From: a virus
DNA length: 64,000 nt
Virus record (IMG/VR): IMGVR_UViG_3300042922_000600
Span: 1 to 64,000 of that record
Reading direction: 5' to 3' (one strand)
Position numbers and translations under genes: made by a program. Each line of letters begins with the position of its first letter. Position 1 is the first letter of the stretch. Below are positions 8,335-17,155 of this stretch, one piece after another. The notes beneath the pieces were generated by a model, which saw only the letters and a list, made by a program, of their open reading frames with translations, made no database searches and had not been told where the DNA came from.

Positions 8335-8460
8335 GGGGCGGTGGCAGAAATAATGCACACTTTAGAAAAAGGGTCGCAACCTTTGGTGGTAGTCAGGTCC
8401 ATCAAACTTGCTCATCGCAATACCGAGAGACTTGCAGGTAGTCAGTCCTGTCCGCCCCCA
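8335..8460 (+). ncRNA. tRNA-like structured RNA (~126 nt)
   Basis: Acceptor-like GGGGCGG/CCGCCCC, D-like GCA-GAAATAA-TGC, T-like GCAGG-TAGTCAGT-CCTGT; starts ~10 nt after a -10 box. Confidence 0.65.
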
Positions 8461-8477
8461 ACATAGGAGGTATTGAA

Positions 8478-8705
8478 ATGGAAGAAAAAGAGTTAAAACT
8501 TGAGACAGAGTGTAAAGTTGACCTAACTCGTATGGATGTGTATGAGGATGCAATCGTTCCAGATGCGGATGTAGAAACCACTTTAAAAGTCATAAGAACA
8601 ATCCGAAATGAATGTCTGAACCCAACAGCATTTAGAGCGGAAGCCGCTGTTTTGCTGTCCAATGCACACGCCGTTATAGTAAATCTTGTTCAGGAGTGTA
8701 GATAA
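8478..8705 (+). CDS. hypothetical protein
   Basis: AGGAGG RBS. Confidence 0.7.
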   Translation: MEEKELKLETECKVDLTRMDVYEDAIVPDADVETTLKVIRTIRNECLNPTAFRAEAAVLLSNAHAVIVNLVQECR

Positions 8706-8880
8706 AATGCTGGTGACAAGAAATCAAGATATTGAAAGAACATATCAAGCACTTATTGTTAGTTGTTCCGAGCGTCAATGCCAGGGTACTTGTGACAACA
8801 GGTGCTCATTTTGTGAGTTGGGAAGTGCAATGAACAATGCCAAGGAGGAGGTGGATAATAATGTCCAAGAACGTTTATAA
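8686..8880 (+). CDS. Cys-rich hypothetical protein
   Basis: CSERQCQGTCDNRCSFC. Confidence 0.55.
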   Translation: MFRSVDKMLVTRNQDIERTYQALIVSCSERQCQGTCDNRCSFCELGSAMNNAKEEVDNNVQERL

Positions 8881-9049
8881 TATACGGGTCATTTCAGAGA
8901 TGAATGAACAAGTTGCATTTACACTAAGCGTTAATTCCGCCCCTTGCAACTTGCAGGAGGGCTCTTTTATAACTATGCAAAAAGAGAACTTTCAGCAGTT
9001 TGTATCGGATTTAAAGGCTACAGTTACCCAAAAACCGCGTCGCTACTAA
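8861..9049 (+). CDS. hypothetical protein
   Basis: GGAGGTGG RBS before ATG 8861. Confidence 0.6.
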   Translation: MSKNVYNIRVISEMNEQVAFTLSVNSAPCNLQEGSFITMQKENFQQFVSDLKATVTQKPRRY

Positions 9050-9072
9050 AATAAAACACAGGAGGGATAGAA

Positions 9073-9339
9073 ATGGACAGCAGTGAAAAACCAATACTTA
9101 TTAGAAATTGGAGAGAGCTTAAGTCAATAAATCAAGAATCCGAGACACATGTACTGAAAATAGAAGAGTACTCTGGATGGGTAGAGCCAAAAAACCCAAA
9201 GGACCCCGATTCCTATGACGGGCACTATTATTTATCCACCCACACATTCTATGGTAGTCAATATAAACAATCAACTGAGATACTACAGAAATGTGGGTTC
9301 AATGTGGAACTAGAAAATTGGGATGCAGAGGAGGAATAG
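9073..9339 (+). CDS. hypothetical protein
   Basis: AGGAGG RBS. Confidence 0.7.
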   Translation: MDSSEKPILIRNWRELKSINQESETHVLKIEEYSGWVEPKNPKDPDSYDGHYYLSTHTFYGSQYKQSTEILQKCGFNVELENWDAEEE

Positions 9340-9718
9340 AATGAAAATCTCAATGAAGGTTAGGAACAAAGTAACACAAATGGAATGGGCAGAAGAGTAT
9401 GACATTAAAGATGAGTCAGATGCAGAGCAGTATGCAATAGACTTAATTGATAACTTTAATAACACGCTCCGACTAAATGAGGCACCAAGAGAATTAGTCT
9501 ATGTGGAAATATTAGAGGATAGCAGTCAGGCTAAGGTTGCACATGACTGGGAAAAACAGAACGCCTACACAGTTGTTGGTAAGCACTCGGTCCATGATGT
9601 ATACAGATGCAGTGCATGTGGCATAACCGGAAAACGCTTTGGATTGAGTGCGGATATAGTAAGGGACAATCAGTACAAGGCTACAAAATATGAATATTGT
9701 TTGGGTAAATCAAAATAG
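9323..9718 (+). CDS. hypothetical protein with C-terminal HDW..CxxC zinc motif
   Basis: HDWEKQN...YRCSACGITGKRFGL. Confidence 0.65.
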   Translation: MQRRNRMKISMKVRNKVTQMEWAEEYDIKDESDAEQYAIDLIDNFNNTLRLNEAPRELVYVEILEDSSQAKVAHDWEKQNAYTVVGKHSVHDVYRCSACGITGKRFGLSADIVRDNQYKATKYEYCLGKSK

Positions 9719-11091
9719 TGGAGGGTGTAATGTCACAGATAAGCGAGTTAAAGAAGTGTTTTGAGGTATTCTCACAAATTGAGAAAACTTCCAGCCGTAA
9801 TGAAAAATTATCACTTTTGGAGCAAAATGAATCAGAATTGCTCAAACAAATTCTGTACTATACATTTAATAAGGCTTTAGTGTATAATATAGGAGAAAGG
9901 ATGATTGGACATTATGAACAGAAACCTGTTGCTCTTCGTTCCGGTAGAGCTTTGTTTAAAGTGGGTAGTGATGCAGGTGAGCTATTTGAGCTACTTGATA
10001 AACTATCTAGCAATGAACTAACTGGTAATAATGCAATGACGGCAGTGAGGGCATTTATAAATCAGGATGACGAGTTCTTTTTTGAATGGTCAAGGAGAAT
10101 ATTCTTGAAGGACTTAAAAATGGGCATGAGCTCCAAGACAATTAATAACGTTTTTAAGGATTTAATACCAATATTTAGTGTAATGAAAGCAGAGCTATGG
10201 AACGGTGAGTCCCTTAATAGACCATTTTGGCTCCAACGTAAAATGAATGGATACAGAATGATAGCCTTCAATTATCCGGAGGGTGTTGTACTTAAAAGCA
10301 GTAATGGAGTTCAAATACCTGGATTTGACTTTATAAAGGAACAAATTGCACAATTTTTACCAATTGGTTACGCCTTTGACGGGGAACTTGCGGACAAAAA
10401 TGATAAGTTTTCAAAGATACAGGAACTTGCATTCAGTGAGCAATCCATTGATAAAACAAGTGCTAAATATTTTATGTGGGATACTATGCCAATTGTGGAA
10501 TGGGAAAATGAACAGACACTGCATAACTATTTCCGTAGGTATGGATTCCTTAGGTCGTGCCTACCTCAACACCACTGCCCACCCAATTTGGAAATTTTGG
10601 AGAACGTGTTTGAGTATTATGCAGACGAGGACGATGTTGGAGTTGACCCTGACGTTGAAATAACAAAGTGCTTTGACTCTGCATTGGAAAACAAATGGGA
10701 AGGGTTAATGATTAAGTTTAACATTCCTTATAATTGGGATAGGTCAAGGGATATGCTGAAAATCAAAAAGATGAAGGAAATTGACCTAGTCGTTACTGGT
10801 GTATTTGAGGGTAAGGGAAATCTTCAGGGCAAGTTAGGCGGGGTCTATGTAGACTATAAAGGGTACCAGGTTGGTGTGGGTTCCGGATTTAAAACTTACT
10901 CCAAGGACCCAGTTACCGGGGAAAGAATTGACGGGGACAGAGTTAAATTTTGGGAAAATCCAAATTTAATAATAGATAAAGTGATTATAGTCAAATATTC
11001 TGAAGAGATGAAGGATAAGCATGGAAATTTAAGCCTTCAGTTTCCTGTATTTATGGGTATACACCCGGAAAAGAATGACAGTTTATTTTAG
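9718..11091 (+). CDS. lig: ATP-dependent DNA ligase
   Basis: Motif I KMNGYR, III FDGEL, IIIa FMWD, IV EGLMIK, V LKIK, OB domain VGSGF and SLQFPVF. Confidence 0.92.
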   Translation: MEGVMSQISELKKCFEVFSQIEKTSSRNEKLSLLEQNESELLKQILYYTFNKALVYNIGERMIGHYEQKPVALRSGRALFKVGSDAGELFELLDKLSSNELTGNNAMTAVRAFINQDDEFFFEWSRRIFLKDLKMGMSSKTINNVFKDLIPIFSVMKAELWNGESLNRPFWLQRKMNGYRMIAFNYPEGVVLKSSNGVQIPGFDFIKEQIAQFLPIGYAFDGELADKNDKFSKIQELAFSEQSIDKTSAKYFMWDTMPIVEWENEQTLHNYFRRYGFLRSCLPQHHCPPNLEILENVFEYYADEDDVGVDPDVEITKCFDSALENKWEGLMIKFNIPYNWDRSRDMLKIKKMKEIDLVVTGVFEGKGNLQGKLGGVYVDYKGYQVGVGSGFKTYSKDPVTGERIDGDRVKFWENPNLIIDKVIIVKYSEEMKDKHGNLSLQFPVFMGIHPEKNDSLF

Positions 11092-11287
11092 GTGCCCGCC
11101 ATGCTTATTCTAAGGATACTTGCATTAACGTCCATGATTTATTTGAGTCTTGACGCACTTATAGACGCAGTTGAGATAATAATTTTGATGAGCCGAAAAA
11201 GGAGGTGATTAATATTAAATATTTCTTGTTTGGAGTTCTAATTGGAATATTCATGGTTAGGTTGGTTAACAAATAGGAGGTGATTAA

Positions 11288-11479
11288 ATGGAAAAGTTTG
11301 TACCCGCTTGTTGCTACCAAGAATATGGCGTTGACCTAGATGGTTGCAATACTCACAAGATTGAGGGGTGCCTTGGCTGTAAAAGTTTAATTGAGGGTAG
11401 GCAAGCCCCTTGCGGACTTCCCAACTGTGAATTTTGCAATGACTACCCTTGTATGACACACTTTGGACCACAAAACTAA
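11288..11479 (+). CDS. Cys-rich microprotein
   Basis: 9 Cys in 63 aa; AGGAGG RBS. Confidence 0.6.
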   Translation: MEKFVPACCYQEYGVDLDGCNTHKIEGCLGCKSLIEGRQAPCGLPNCEFCNDYPCMTHFGPQN

Positions 11480-11494
11480 ATCGGAGGTATTAAA

Positions 11495-11722
11495 ATGGAG
11501 ATTAAGGTAGATAGAGAGAGCATGGTACCTAAGTATTTTGTATCATACCACAAGATTTATTATGTTTATTGCAAGGACAGAAAGGGGCTGGAAGACTTTT
11601 TGGAAAAATCCGGAATACAAGCTGGAAAGATTGAGAAGAACGCCAAGTTCGACGTATGGTGTGTTGCAGTATACGACCCAAGGTATAAAGTGTACATTGA
11701 GAAGAATTTGGAGTGTGCATAG
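11495..11722 (+). CDS. hypothetical protein
   Basis: GGAGG RBS. Confidence 0.65.
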   Translation: MEIKVDRESMVPKYFVSYHKIYYVYCKDRKGLEDFLEKSGIQAGKIEKNAKFDVWCVAVYDPRYKVYIEKNLECA

Positions 11723-11734
11723 GAGGCAATTCAT

Positions 11735-11920
11735 ATGGCGTATTACCACGCGAAGTTTTTCCTAGGTGCGGACTACACCAAGGAAGCAAGGATGTTTGAC
11801 AGGGTTGGACTTCCCCTTATAAGTAAAGATAGGACACAGGTACAAAACTATTTAGACAGTAGAAAGTTGGATGTCGTATTAAGGAGCATGTATGGAAGAA
11901 GAAATAAGAGAAAAGGCTAA
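11735..11920 (+). CDS. hypothetical protein
   Basis: AGGAGG RBS. Confidence 0.6.
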   Translation: MAYYHAKFFLGADYTKEARMFDRVGLPLISKDRTQVQNYLDSRKLDVVLRSMYGRRNKRKG

Positions 11921-12191
11921 CCAAGTTGAGCGGTTGGCACTTGATAGAGGATATTGGTTACATAATAGAACGGGTGACTATAAAAAACTTAACTTCATAA
12001 GAAACGATGGCAATTTAGGTTTGATTGTCCACACAGAAACAGGAGATTTTGAGTTGTATCATAACATCAATAAAAGTATAGCAAGAATAAGTCTTCCCAA
12101 GTGCAGTCCATTCTCAAATGAGGGGCATTTCAAAAAGATGGAAAGCCAACTATGGAAATTCGTGTCCGTTATTCTGGACAGTCCACTTTAG
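11892..12191 (+). CDS. hypothetical protein
   Basis: AAGGAG RBS. Confidence 0.65.
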   Translation: MEEEIREKANQVERLALDRGYWLHNRTGDYKKLNFIRNDGNLGLIVHTETGDFELYHNINKSIARISLPKCSPFSNEGHFKKMESQLWKFVSVILDSPL

Positions 12192-12446
12192 GTGCGTGCT
12201 ATGACACACAGAGTAAAAACGTTACAGCCCTATTTTAATGATGTTAAAGTTGGGCATAAGACATTTGAACTTAGGATGAATGACCGGGACTATCAAGTTG
12301 GTGATGTACTACTACTTGAGGAGTGGAGTAAGGAACATAACTACACCGGGCGGGTAATACTTAAGATAGTCTCTTATGTGTTGAAGAATTGCCCGGAATT
12401 TGGATTGATGGACGGATACTGCATTTTAGGGTTGATAGACTTTTAG
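12192..12446 (+). CDS. DUF3850 / ASCH (PUA-like) domain protein
   Basis: HRVKTLQPYFNDVKVGHKTFELRMNDRDYQVGDVLLLEEW. Confidence 0.85.
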   Translation: MRAMTHRVKTLQPYFNDVKVGHKTFELRMNDRDYQVGDVLLLEEWSKEHNYTGRVILKIVSYVLKNCPEFGLMDGYCILGLIDF

Positions 12447-12454
12447 TGCAAAAA

Positions 12455-12489
12455 AAAAAGTGGGTGATTTAAAAAGTCATCCACTTTTT
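12455..12489. terminator. Bidirectional intrinsic terminator
   Basis: AAAAAGTGGGTGA...TCATCCACTTTTT hairpin flanked by A and T tracts. Confidence 0.7.
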
Positions 12490-12492
12490 CAC

Positions 12493-12522
12493 TTTACAAT
12501 CATAACTGAACCCGTGTATAAT
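12493..12522 (+). promoter_or_regulatory. Promoter TTTACA-N18-TATAAT
   Basis: Directly after terminator, before DUF932 gene. Confidence 0.75.
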
Positions 12523-12558
12523 GTAATAAAGCATTTAATTTATAAGGAGGAACAATAG

Positions 12559-13506
12559 ATGGCGGCTAATGTAGAATCAATGTTTAGTGTTAGACAAGTT
12601 CCATGGCATGGACTCGGGCAGGTAATTAAGGATGCACCAACTTCCGAGGATGCAATGCATCTTGCCGGATTGGATTGGGAGGTCATACCAATGCCAGTAT
12701 TTACTAATGTACCACAAGAGGGTGGGGGCATACAAACTATTGCCAATACAGTATGCAATGTAAGAAGTGACAATGGACACCCACTGGGCATAGTTTCAGG
12801 ACAGTATAAAATAGTACAGAATAAAGATGCATTTGCGTTTACCGATGAACTACTTGGTGGTGGGGTTACTTATGAAACCGCTGGTAGCTTGAATTTTGGA
12901 AGAAGAGTTTGGCTACTTGCTAAAATGCCTTCCACATACATTCTAGAGGATGAGTTTGTGCCCTATTTAGTATTTACAAATGGACATGATGGAAAGGGTG
13001 CTGTTAAGGTTGCTGTAACGCCCATTAGAGTTGTATGCCAGAATACGCTTAACTTAGCCTTAGGGCAGGCTAAGAGAACTTGGTCGGTTAACCACATAGG
13101 TAGAATGGAATACAAGATGGAGGAGGCCAAAAAGACGTTGGAACTTACCGCAAGCTATATGGGCAACTTGGAGGCTTCCGCAAATAAACTCGTTAATAAG
13201 TCCATGGGTGGAAAGGAGTTAGTGGAGTTCATTGAGGCATTAATACCAATGCCAGATGAAGCAGGAGCCCAGAAAGAGGACAATGTAATTGCACTTAGAA
13301 ATGAGTTTTTCCTTAGATATGATGAGGCGCCAGACCTTAAGAAGTTTAAGGGCACTCAATGGGGTGTAATAAATGCAGTAAGTGATTTTGCAACACACAC
13401 TAAGCCATTTAGATGGACACCAACATATAATGAAAAGAACTTTGAAAGGACTATTGATGGGCACCCATTATTGGATGGTGCCTTGAAATTACTAAAAGTA
13501 GCATAA
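12559..13506 (+). CDS. DUF932 / TIGR03299 phage-plasmid-like protein
   Basis: MAANVESMFSVRQVPWHGLG..AGLDWEV..ETAGSL..HDG..RVVCQNTL. Confidence 0.88.
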   Translation: MAANVESMFSVRQVPWHGLGQVIKDAPTSEDAMHLAGLDWEVIPMPVFTNVPQEGGGIQTIANTVCNVRSDNGHPLGIVSGQYKIVQNKDAFAFTDELLGGGVTYETAGSLNFGRRVWLLAKMPSTYILEDEFVPYLVFTNGHDGKGAVKVAVTPIRVVCQNTLNLALGQAKRTWSVNHIGRMEYKMEEAKKTLELTASYMGNLEASANKLVNKSMGGKELVEFIEALIPMPDEAGAQKEDNVIALRNEFFLRYDEAPDLKKFKGTQWGVINAVSDFATHTKPFRWTPTYNEKNFERTIDGHPLLDGALKLLKVA

Positions 13507-13511
13507 GGGAG

Positions 13512-13931
13512 ATGGCACAATTGGGAAATTGTAAGATGTGTGGCAGTTGTTGTAAGGCTATAATTCTGGGTAAGCATGGCTCCCCGGAATTTATAGCCAA
13601 AGAGGCGGACTCGGGCAATGAGGATGCTATATTTATTAAGGAAAACTGGGTACCTATAAGTGCTTTGGAGGCATTTAAACTACGCCCAGAGGCAGAATTT
13701 AACGCTGTATTTAAGGCGGTGGGCGAGACCTACTGGTGGAAGTGCAATAGTTTTGACCACGCAACACTTAAATGTAAGAATCATAATGCAAGGCCTAACG
13801 TATGCAAGGGATTTCCATACTATGATTCAACTGAGTTAGGCCCAAACTTTATACCATACTCCAATAACTGTGGTTATTTGGAGGATTGGAAGTATTTGGA
13901 GCAGTGGAAAAATAAATGTGAGGTGAAATAG
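13512..13931 (+). CDS. YkgJ-family CxxCxxCC (putative Fe-S/Zn) protein
   Basis: CKMCGSCC ... C ... CKNHNARPNVCKGFP. Confidence 0.82.
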   Translation: MAQLGNCKMCGSCCKAIILGKHGSPEFIAKEADSGNEDAIFIKENWVPISALEAFKLRPEAEFNAVFKAVGETYWWKCNSFDHATLKCKNHNARPNVCKGFPYYDSTELGPNFIPYSNNCGYLEDWKYLEQWKNKCEVK

Positions 13932-13933
13932 TT

Positions 13934-14425
13934 ATGCCATTGGAAATTGAAAGAAAGTTTTTAGTAGAAAAATTACCTAATTTACCAATTGAACCAGAGA
14001 GTGTTATACATATCACTCAAGCTTATATAAGTGAGAGCCCAGAAATAAGAGTTAGAAAAAACGAAAGTCTGTACCCCGAGCACATATTTACGACAAAGGT
14101 ACCCTCTGGTGACTATAGAGATGAGAATGAAATTCCGATAAACAAACAGATGTATGAAGTACTTGCAAACCAGAGTACCAATGTATTGTCAAAGAATAGG
14201 TTTAAGTACTGGTTGAATTTTAGCGAGAACCAATGTGCGGAAGTAGACTTGTATCTCGGAAGCTTGTATGGACTTATGACAGTGGAAGTACAGTTTGGTA
14301 CAGAGGAAAAAGCGTCTGCATTTACTCCACCTGCTTGGTTCGGTGCTGAGGTTACACACGATGATAGGTATAAAAATGTTAACTTAAATAAAGGACTATG
14401 GAGAGAGGGTGAGCCAGTTGCGTAG
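13934..14425 (+). CDS. CYTH (triphosphate tunnel metalloenzyme) domain protein
   Basis: LEIERKFLV ExExK motif, RVR, KNRF, PAWFGAEVTHDDRYKN. Confidence 0.85.
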   Translation: MPLEIERKFLVEKLPNLPIEPESVIHITQAYISESPEIRVRKNESLYPEHIFTTKVPSGDYRDENEIPINKQMYEVLANQSTNVLSKNRFKYWLNFSENQCAEVDLYLGSLYGLMTVEVQFGTEEKASAFTPPAWFGAEVTHDDRYKNVNLNKGLWREGEPVA

Positions 14426-14861
14426 ATTTATTACACCTGTCATTGTTTGGAAAAAGTTTACCTATAAGTGTGAAGTATGTGGAGAGACTTTTACAATGCA
14501 TATGCAGGTGGGCGTGGAGGGGCCAACCAAAGATAGCATGCCCTCTCCGTTTAGTATGAACTGCCCTAATGGATGCAAGGCGTTCTGCCCTGTAGTGCAT
14601 GTGGACTGGCACAATGATGTTATTATTGAGCAGAGAAATGCAAAGAGTGGAGAATATGTATTCCTTTATGACCGTGAATCCAATCATGGAATGCCAGTTA
14701 AGATTTTGGATTCCAACATTTGGACTGCATCCACTCCGTTCCATGGGAACAATTCAGGTATCCTATATCTAGCAAAGCAGGAAATAGATGAGGAAAAGCT
14801 ACGTGAGAGGTACAAAGATATGCCGCGTGGACTTATAGAACGTCTACGCAATTTGAAGTAA
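14409..14861 (+). CDS. zinc-binding hypothetical protein
   Basis: YKCEVCG...CPNGC. Confidence 0.6.
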   Translation: MSQLRRFITPVIVWKKFTYKCEVCGETFTMHMQVGVEGPTKDSMPSPFSMNCPNGCKAFCPVVHVDWHNDVIIEQRNAKSGEYVFLYDRESNHGMPVKILDSNIWTASTPFHGNNSGILYLAKQEIDEEKLRERYKDMPRGLIERLRNLK

Positions 14862-14910
14862 GATTTTTATAGTCAATTAAATATAATTTATCAATTAGGC
14901 CCATGGGATA

Positions 14911-14939
14911 TTGTATTCCATGGGCTTTTGTATTATAAT
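14911..14939 (+). promoter_or_regulatory. Promoter TTGTAT-N17-TATAAT, overlapped by hairpin GCCCATGG/CCATGGGC
   Basis: Upstream of terL; -35 lies in the loop of the inverted repeat at ~14899-14925. Confidence 0.55.
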
Positions 14940-14980
14940 AATGTTGCGTAGAAAAGAATTTAAAAACAGGGGGTGAATTA

Positions 14981-16600
14981 ATGTCACAAGCACTGGATAC
15001 AATAAGTAATGACGACCTGCTTGATGTGGAGCGGGAAAAATGTAAAACGGACTTATACTACCTGTGCAGGTACGTTTTAGGCTATAAGGATATGAGGCCC
15101 AGGCCACACAAAGTAGTGGACAAATTTATCAATAGACCGGACAGAAAGCGATATTTGCACATAGAATTGGCACGTTCTACGTTCAAGAGCACAGAGGTTA
15201 CCATAGGCTACTCCATACAAAGAATGATAAGAAACCCAGAAGTTCGTATCCTAATAGATAATGAAACTTACGGAAATGCTAAGTCATATCTAACTTCAAT
15301 TCGTATGCAATTGAAAAACAACCGAAAACTGTTGGAGCTATTTCCTCATTTAAAGTTAAGAGATGATATCACAGGCGGGGACACTGACAGTTCCTTAATA
15401 ATAGTGGGCAATCCTACTTTCTCTGACACACCATCTGGAGAGGATGCAACGCTAATGAATAAGGAGCCAAATGTTTCATGTGCCGGAGTAGACAGAACTA
15501 GAACGGGTCAGCACTATGATGTAATAATAATGGACGACCTTGTTTCCGAGAGGAATGTTACTACACCGGAGCAACTTGAAAAAGTAAAGCAACACTTTAA
15601 ATTGTCTTTCTCACTGCTTGACCCACCGGCATCACATATCTACCGTGAGTTAATAGTTATAGGAACACGTTTCCATTATAACGACTTGTATAGCATGTTG
15701 TTAGGGGACGAGTATAAGGATTTATTCGACGCTATTATTATGCCGGCAGTTATGGCGGATGGAACACTAAGTTTCCCAGAGCGATTAACACCAGAGTTCC
15801 TTGAGGAACAAAGAAGAATCCAAGGTAACTATATATTCAACTGCCAGTACATGCTAAATCCACTGGATGAGGCTAAGGCTGACTTTAAAAATGGATGGAT
15901 TAGGCACTGGAGGGGCGACGTTTTTCATTTGGGTGAATTGGGGAGTGGCATGACACACTACCTAATCATAAGGGAAATCTACATACCGGGCGAGGGCTGG
16001 AAGCTTTTGGATAAGCCACGAAGGGAAAAGGTTACAATAATAATGACGTATGACCCTGCGTCAAAAAAGAAGAAGAAAAATGACCACAATGCCATATGGG
16101 TTACAGCAATAACACGCAACAATCATTGGTTTGTTTTAGACATAGTTTATGATAAGATGAACCCGAAGGAAAGAGTTGACATCATATTTGAATTGAGGAA
16201 TAAATGGAAAATAGATGTTTATGCAATTGAGGAAGTTGGATTCCAAGAGACCATTAAATTCTACGCACAGGAAAAAATGGGTATAGAAAATGACTTTTTC
16301 ACAATAAGGGCTTTAGCACCAAGGGCAAGGTCAAAAGAGGATAGAATACGTGGGCTTGTACCAAGATTCGAGAATGCATGTGTGTATCTACCACCAGCAC
16401 TCATCAAAAAGAATTGGGAGAATAAAACAATTGATGTGGTAAAAGAGTTCTTGGACCAGTATATATTCTTTCCACTGGCTAAGACAGGAGACGACTTACT
16501 TGACTCACTGTGCTACCTATTAGACATAGTTAAGCCAGTTTCAAGAAAAGAGGGATTGCAAGGGAGAAGACAGACTGGGAAGTCTGCCATTGTGCCATAA
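14981..16600 (+). CDS. terL: terminase large subunit
   Basis: ARSTFKST Walker-A-like, TGQHYDVIIMDD Walker B, VIGTR motif III, nuclease YDPA ... DDLLDSL; upstream of portal. Confidence 0.9.
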   Translation: MSQALDTISNDDLLDVEREKCKTDLYYLCRYVLGYKDMRPRPHKVVDKFINRPDRKRYLHIELARSTFKSTEVTIGYSIQRMIRNPEVRILIDNETYGNAKSYLTSIRMQLKNNRKLLELFPHLKLRDDITGGDTDSSLIIVGNPTFSDTPSGEDATLMNKEPNVSCAGVDRTRTGQHYDVIIMDDLVSERNVTTPEQLEKVKQHFKLSFSLLDPPASHIYRELIVIGTRFHYNDLYSMLLGDEYKDLFDAIIMPAVMADGTLSFPERLTPEFLEEQRRIQGNYIFNCQYMLNPLDEAKADFKNGWIRHWRGDVFHLGELGSGMTHYLIIREIYIPGEGWKLLDKPRREKVTIIMTYDPASKKKKKNDHNAIWVTAITRNNHWFVLDIVYDKMNPKERVDIIFELRNKWKIDVYAIEEVGFQETIKFYAQEKMGIENDFFTIRALAPRARSKEDRIRGLVPRFENACVYLPPALIKKNWENKTIDVVKEFLDQYIFFPLAKTGDDLLDSLCYLLDIVKPVSRKEGLQGRRQTGKSAIVP

Positions 16601-16605
16601 TAATG

Positions 16606-16634
16606 AATACTACCCAAAAAATGGGTAGTATTTT
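16606..16634 (+). terminator. Intrinsic terminator
   Basis: AATACTACCCA/TGGGTAGTATT followed by T tract. Confidence 0.65.
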
Positions 16635-16725
16635 ACTATTAAGGGGTGCAATAAAACCGCAAAATGTCAGAATTAAGGCACACTATTACGAGCCCTTACT
16701 GCGTTTTGTACGACGGAGGTAGTAT

Positions 16726-17025
16726 ATGAGCGGAACCATATATATTAGCGGTAGTTTTATGATATTTAGAAGTGGTAAGGGTTTTGTAGTGTACAATAGA
16801 GCGAAGGATTTTAAAGGTGGTCATACACATCTAAACAATTTTAATGCGGGAAAGAAGGCTATAAAGTTGGTGCAGAGAAAGATTATTCCTACCAGAAGTA
16901 GTAACTACTTTCTTGAGAGTTTAGCCAGACTGAGTAACGACATTGAGTACTCTTCAAAGCTAAGGCAGATAATTATAAACAGGAATCCTAACTCCAAAAC
17001 TGGAGCTACTGAGGAAAATAAATAG
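16726..17025 (+). CDS. hypothetical protein
   Basis: GGAGG RBS; YN..K.F..GHTHL motif. Confidence 0.7.
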   Translation: MSGTIYISGSFMIFRSGKGFVVYNRAKDFKGGHTHLNNFNAGKKAIKLVQRKIIPTRSSNYFLESLARLSNDIEYSSKLRQIIINRNPNSKTGATEENK

Positions 17026-17060
17026 ATTAAAAAGTTTTGAATAAATTTTTCCAAAATATG

Positions 17061-17089
17061 TTGCATAATGGAAATTTTTATATTATAAT
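17061..17089 (+). promoter_or_regulatory. Promoter TTGCAT-N17-TATAAT for head genes
   Basis: Same architecture at 30969. Confidence 0.6.
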
Positions 17090-17155
17090 ATGTTTGTAAG
17101 ATATATAGTCAGAAGTTACATTAAATGACTTTAACAAACCAAATGGGGTGAGATT

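Noticed and set aside
8335-8460. Canonical tRNA or tmRNA
   Set aside because: No TTC T-loop, no D-loop GG, no proper 5-bp anticodon stem; far too short for tmRNA and no tag ORF.
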